From: an uncultured bacterium
Lineage (GTDB): Bacteria > Oederibacteriota > JAAXVQ01 > JAUVAV01
Direction: 5' to 3'
Length of the DNA stretch: 64,000 nt
Assembly (NCBI GenBank): GCA_963710755.1
Contig: CAVQBK010000003.1
Coordinates: 1,216,001 to 1,280,000, forward strand
Shown here: in pieces, positions 52,201-58,200 of the stretch
Numbering within the stretch: the first letter of the stretch is position 1
Layout: each line of letters opens with the position of its first letter
The notes under the pieces: generated by a model
What the model saw: the letters and a program-made list of their open reading frames with translations, nothing else
Told to the model about the DNA's origin: nothing
Databases searched by the model: none
Position numbers and translations under genes: made by a program

Positions 52201-55200
52201 GCAAGATCAAGGTCCCAAGGCAAAATATCCTGTTGCACAAGATGCCCGATCTTTTTACAGGCAGGTGCCGTTCTATCGGAACAAAACAGACCAGTTTGCA
52301 CTTTACCGCCAGCGTGATCAGCAAGGATTAAACAAGATACCACCTGTACCCCAACGTTTATTAAAGGGCAACCGGCTGCTCTGGAACGCCAATGTGGTGC
52401 CTGCGGCCATTGCCGCGGTACTTGGCCTGGCCGGCTTGTTCTTTACCGGCTACCTTGATTCCACGGTAATGGGCAGTACTATCGGCGCAGGTGCCATTGC
52501 TTTCTTGAGTGCCATTGGATTGCATGAAGCCAGTCACCGTCTCTGGACGCCCGGCGGCCGTCTGGTATGGGACCGTCAGGGGCTGCAGGTCATGCCGCCT
52601 CGAGGTGCCGCGGTGACCCGCGCCCAAGCCTTGGCCGGGCCAATAGGATCTCTGATCATCGGAGCAAGCTTTGCCTTGGCCTTGGCCCTCTTGACGCCTT
52701 TTTCCTCGGCAGCCTTGGCGGTGGGGCTAACGTTTGTGGCGGTTAATATGTGGTCCTTAATCCCCGGCATTCCGGGGGACGCCCAGATGATTTGGGGTAA
52801 AAATGCGTCGGATAAACAGTTGGAAACTAAAGAAGATGGTTCAAAAATCATTGATAAATTATTGGGCAAGGGTAAGATTTATCTCTGGACAACATTTGCT
52901 TTGGCAATAGTGCTTTATATCATTATTTATCCTCAACTTGTAGATTGGTCGAAAACACAAGTGATTATGGGTTTGACCAATGTGATTGTTATTTTTACTA
53001 TGAATTTTTTCCTCATTAATAAAACCATCGCTCGTTTGCTGCACCTGACCAGAGGGTCCAGAACGTTAAAAGCAATGGATTATTCTTCTGGTATCCCGGA
53101 AGATCAAAAAACCGCTGCTTATTACCCCATTCTATTTAAAAACCCATCCGATTTAAAATTTTTTAACAATACCCTTAAACTTTCAATTCAAAACAATCGG
53201 GATCCCAATATTCAGTGGGTAATTTTAAGCACCTCACCTAAAAATATACAGGCAGAGGAAGAGAAGGCAATTGCGGCATTAAAAAAAGAACTGGGTATAA
53301 ATAACCTCTCATATATCCATCGCAGTTCCAAGGTGAACAATTGGGAGACCAAACGTGGCGGCTATATGCATTTTATGAATTGGCTGCATCAAGGTGCTCC
53401 TGAAAATGGCGTGATTCAAAAAGTCCAGCGATTTCCCGCCATGCCTGCTGGGGAAGTATTTGACCAAATTATTAGCGATCTTAATGGATTAAAAACTGTA
53501 ACCAACATGGTGATGGGTGATTCAGATAGTTATTGGCCAACAGATAGCATTAAAAACCTTGTGGCCAGAATTGTCGAGCCAGAAAACCAAGATTATGTTA
53601 TTTTCCAAGGTAGGGTATTGGGGCGTAACCAGGATGAAAGCTTTTTAGCCAGATTATATAATGAAATCCAAATTATCATCCAAGGTCAGAATGAATTCTG
53701 GACGCAATTCGAAGAGATTTTTTGGGGCGGCCATGGTGCGGGGTGGGAGATCAATAAATTTTTAGATAGCATGGCTGGCAACATGAACAATGGCTTTACA
53801 AGTCATGATTATGTGGAATCACTTTTTGCTCGCACCGCTTGGATTCCTGATGTTGTCAGCTATGAGGATATTACGCCCAATCTGGAATTACTGTTAAAAC
53901 AAGTTAAACGGTACTGGCAAGGTGATAAGCTTACCGGTGTTTTCTATAAAACCTTAATCCCGCAAGAAACAGGAGAGCTGAAACGGAGTCCATTGACAGT
54001 CATACAAAGAGTCACCCTTGCATCATCCGTTCACTCGATGTGGGTTTTACCGCTATTGCTGCTTGTTTATATCATGACCAGTGCCCAGATGGTCTTTTTA
54101 GGTATATCCATTTGGTATCTCAATCTCCATATCGCTCTGTTTTTCCTCCTTTTTACTGTGGCAAGCAAAGACATATCTATGATTTTAAAAGGCATTAGAG
54201 TTCTACCTGTATTATTACTAGTTGTTCCGATTGTGATGTTTTTGATGCCCTATGCAGCTACAGTTGATTTGCTTAAACAAGCCGTGAGTAAAATCTTCAA
54301 AATAAAATTTGGTGATTTCAATTGGGTTCCGCAGGGGAGCCTAAATAGATCCCAAGACTATCAAAAAATCCTTCCATTCGTCGTGACCGCTACATTGCTG
54401 GGTTTGACAGGCATATGGTTTTTACCATTGGGCATCAGTGTTTTTCTTTTTGGCCCTTTGCTTCTGGCACCGTTGACAAGCTGGTGGTTGGCGCAATCAC
54501 CTGAAATTATTTCCTTTGAAAATATTATTAATTATTTTGATCGTAAACAAGTTATGCAGAGGATACCAAAGATTGCGGCAATGGCGCTATTGGTATTGGC
54601 ACTGGTTACTGTAATTAGTTTGGCTACATCCTCATCTGCCCAAGGACAGGCAAGCTTTGATGGCAACAGCAGTAGGGGCACACCTACACTTGTTAAACCT
54701 GATTCGGATTTAGCAAGGCAAATAGTAACACAAAGTTCTTCATTATCAAGGGGTAAGCTGAAAGTTGAAGCTGGAGATGTTAATTATTGGCTGGATGATC
54801 GTACCATCACAGACAAAGCAGCATTTTTCAATGCTTATTTAAATTTGTTGAAAATGTATGGGCAGTCTTCGGTGACAGGGAAAAAAGCAGGTGATCTGGC
54901 CTATTGGGCCACGCGCATAAGTAACAGGCAAACTACTCTAGCTGAGGCTCAAAAGGATTTTCCGGCAGGAGCAATCGCCTCTAATGCTGTTCAAGCCGAT
55001 GTGAATGCGTTGGCGCAAAGAGTTGTAATGGAAAGTCAGTCGTTGACCAAGGGTAAGCTGAAAGTTGAAGCTGGAGATGTTAATTATTGGCTGGTTGATC
55101 GTACCATCACAGACAAAGCAGCATTTTTCAATGCTTATTTAAATTTGTTGAAAATGTATGGGCAGTCTTCGGTGACAGGGAAAAAAGCAGGTGATCTGGC

Positions 55201-58200
55201 CTATTGGGCCACGCGCATAAGTAACAGGCAAACTACTCTAGCTGAGGCTCAAAAGGATTTTCCGGCAGGAGCAATCGCCTCTAATGCTGTTCAAGCCGAT
55301 GTGAATGCGTTGGCGCAAAGAGTTGTAATGGAAAGTCAGTCGTTGACCAAGGGTAAGCTGAAAGTTGAAGCTGGAGATGTTAATTATTGGCTGGTTGATC
55401 GTACCATCACAGACAAAGCAGCATTTTTCAATGCTTATTTAAATTTGTTGAAAATGTATGGGCAGTCTTCGGTGACAGGGAAAAAAGCAGGTGACTTGGC
55501 TTTTTGGGCTGCAAGGATTAGCAAAGGCCAGGCGGGATGGGAAGAAATCAGCAGAGATTTTCTGCCGCAAGACAATGCAGCCGCCACTAAAGCTCAGCCT
55601 GCGTCTGCGGACACTTTTCATTTCCAGAGACTATTCTCCGCCGGAATGACGGCTTCAGATAAAAAATCATATTATATCACCTTGCTTGAAGCCTATTGGG
55701 AAGAACGCGTCACCCACCGTGACCAGGAAAAGGATTACCCCCTTGATTATCCGGACAAAACCGAAGAAACCAATGCCACCAATATTGGTTTTGACCTGGT
55801 TCAAACCGTGGTGGCTGATCGAATCAATGGGGATATTAAAGAAAAAGAAGCTTTAGCCCATTTGCGCAAAGTATTGAGCAATTTGTTAAAGGAGCCCCAA
55901 ACCAGCGGTTTCTTCCCGAATCATCTTAGTCTCAAAGGGAAAACACCAGTGCCCGATAATCCGCAAGCTTTGTCGGACAGCAATAAAATTATACCGGGAC
56001 TGATTATGGTCTGGCATGCTTACCCGAAAACAGAGGTCGGGAAGATGGCCCGCCAATTGTTGAGCAGGATTGACTGGTCAAAATTATATGATCAACCTAA
56101 TCATGCGTTGAGATTTATGTTTGATATGAAAACCGGGCAATGGAGCGGCGGCCCGGGGGTGTGGCTGGGAAGTGATGTACGGCTGCCTTACATTATAGGG
56201 GCAGCCATTGGTCAATTGCCAATGGAAGCGCTTGATCTCATTGGCGGCCGTCCTGATACCAAGCCCGATGAGCCAAGGGAGACCCAGCAGTTCGGATTGT
56301 TTATGCCCATGATGGATGGCTTGTTTCTGGCCAATGCAGAAAAAGGCACCATGGTGGAACAATGGGCGGCTGATCAAGCCTGGTCACAATTTGAACATGG
56401 GGTAGAAAGAGGGTATGCTTTAACCTTTAATTCAAGTTCTATTAATCCCAATGACTATAGCTATAATGCCAACTTCACCGGTCCTGGCGCCAGTATTATT
56501 TCACCCCATGCGATTGCCTTGGCCAGCCGTTTTTATCCTGAAATTGCTACTGAGCAATTCAAACGGATGGATGCCATGGGCATGCGCCACTATGGCTATA
56601 GGGATGCGATTGATGTGGTCACAGGCAACATGGCTCGAGAAGACCGCGCGGTTGGCGGACCCAATAATGGCATGACCTATTTAAGTCTCACCAACCTGAA
56701 AGCAGGCAAGCAGGTGGTGGCTGATTACTTTGATCAAGCCCTGACCCACTTGATGAATGATCAGCGCGGCAAGGCAAAATACCCGGTTGCAGCGGATGCT
56801 CGAGCGTTTTACCATGAAGTACCAGTCTATCAAAATCCACAAAATCGCGCTGGAGTTTATAGGCAACGCGACCAGCAAGGCATGACACAAATACCACCCA
56901 TTCCCCAGCGCTTATTAAAAGGCAACCGGCTGTTATGGGAAAGCAATGTCATACCCGCGGCTGTTGCCACTATTCTTGGCCTGGCCGGGTTATTCTTTGC
57001 GGGCTATCTTGATTCCACGGTGATGGGCAGCACCATAGGCGCTGCGGTCATGGCGTTTTTGAGCGCCATGGGATTACATGAAGCCAGTCACCGTCTTTGG
57101 ACACCCGGCGGCCGTCTGGTATGGGACCGTCAGGGGCTGCTGGTCATGCCGCCTCGAGGTGCCGCAGTAACCCGCGCCCAAGCCTTGGCCGGGCCAATAG
57201 GATCTCTGATCATCGGAGCAAGCGTTGCCTTGGCCTTGGCCCTCTTGACGCCTTTTTCCTCGGCAGCCTTGGCGGTGGGGCTAACGTTTGTGGCGGTTAA
57301 TATGTGGTCCTTAATCCCCGGTGTACAGGGTGATGCTCAAATCATCTGGGGCCAAAGCAAGCAACCGGCCCTCTTGAAGCTGGAAGCACCAGTGGCTGCG
57401 GCCGAAAAAACAAGCGGCGTCATGCAAGAAATCAGCAGAATGAGGACCTGGTTCAATCAACCGCTTAGAACCAATCCTACCATGACCGGCATGCTGCGCG
57501 GGTTGATTGCCCTTGGGCTTCCGGCTGTGCTTTATCCTCTGGCGTCAGCCATACAAATGACAGCCGGCTATCTGCAAACCGATCCCGTGGGCCTGGCCGT
57601 GGTTTTGACGGCCATTACTGGTTTGGTTTTGGCAGGTTTAAAGGGCTTGTTGACTGCGGTTCTGCGTCGTGGCCCTGGCCGCCAACTTGATGCCGACCAA
57701 GTAGGGCAGTTGAAGCAATTGGCGGGCTTTGCGCCTGAGTATCGAGGGTTGACATTTATCACCAAAAGCCAAAAAGCACAGGCAACCGGTAATGACGTTA
57801 TTATTCCTGATATAGTGGCAGGTATCTTAATTGATACCATTGCGGCCCAAGGGCCGCAAACCGTGATCAACCGGCTCAAAGCCCGTTTGGCCTACTATAT
57901 CTTCAAGAGTGTGGTCAATGACGCCATGCTGCAATGGACCAAGCGCACGAGCTTGGAAAAACAAAATTTGTCTTGGATCGACCGTTTGGCCATGCCTTTT
58001 GAAACCTTGGCCTTGCGTGCGGGCAACCCGCTGTTTACAGGCATGATGGCCGCAGCCGCCATGGCGGCCACGATTATGATTGCCGGCTTGCTGGGGCTGC
58101 CCGTGTTGGGCATCACGATCATCGTGGGCTTGGCCGCGGCGACGATGGCCTGGGCTTTTGCCACCATCACCACCAGCTCCTTTGACTATAGCGATCCAAA

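Noticed and set aside
54751-55510. Tandem repeats as a CRISPR array
   Set aside because: The units are 300 bp, in frame and have no unique spacers; no cas genes are in the window.
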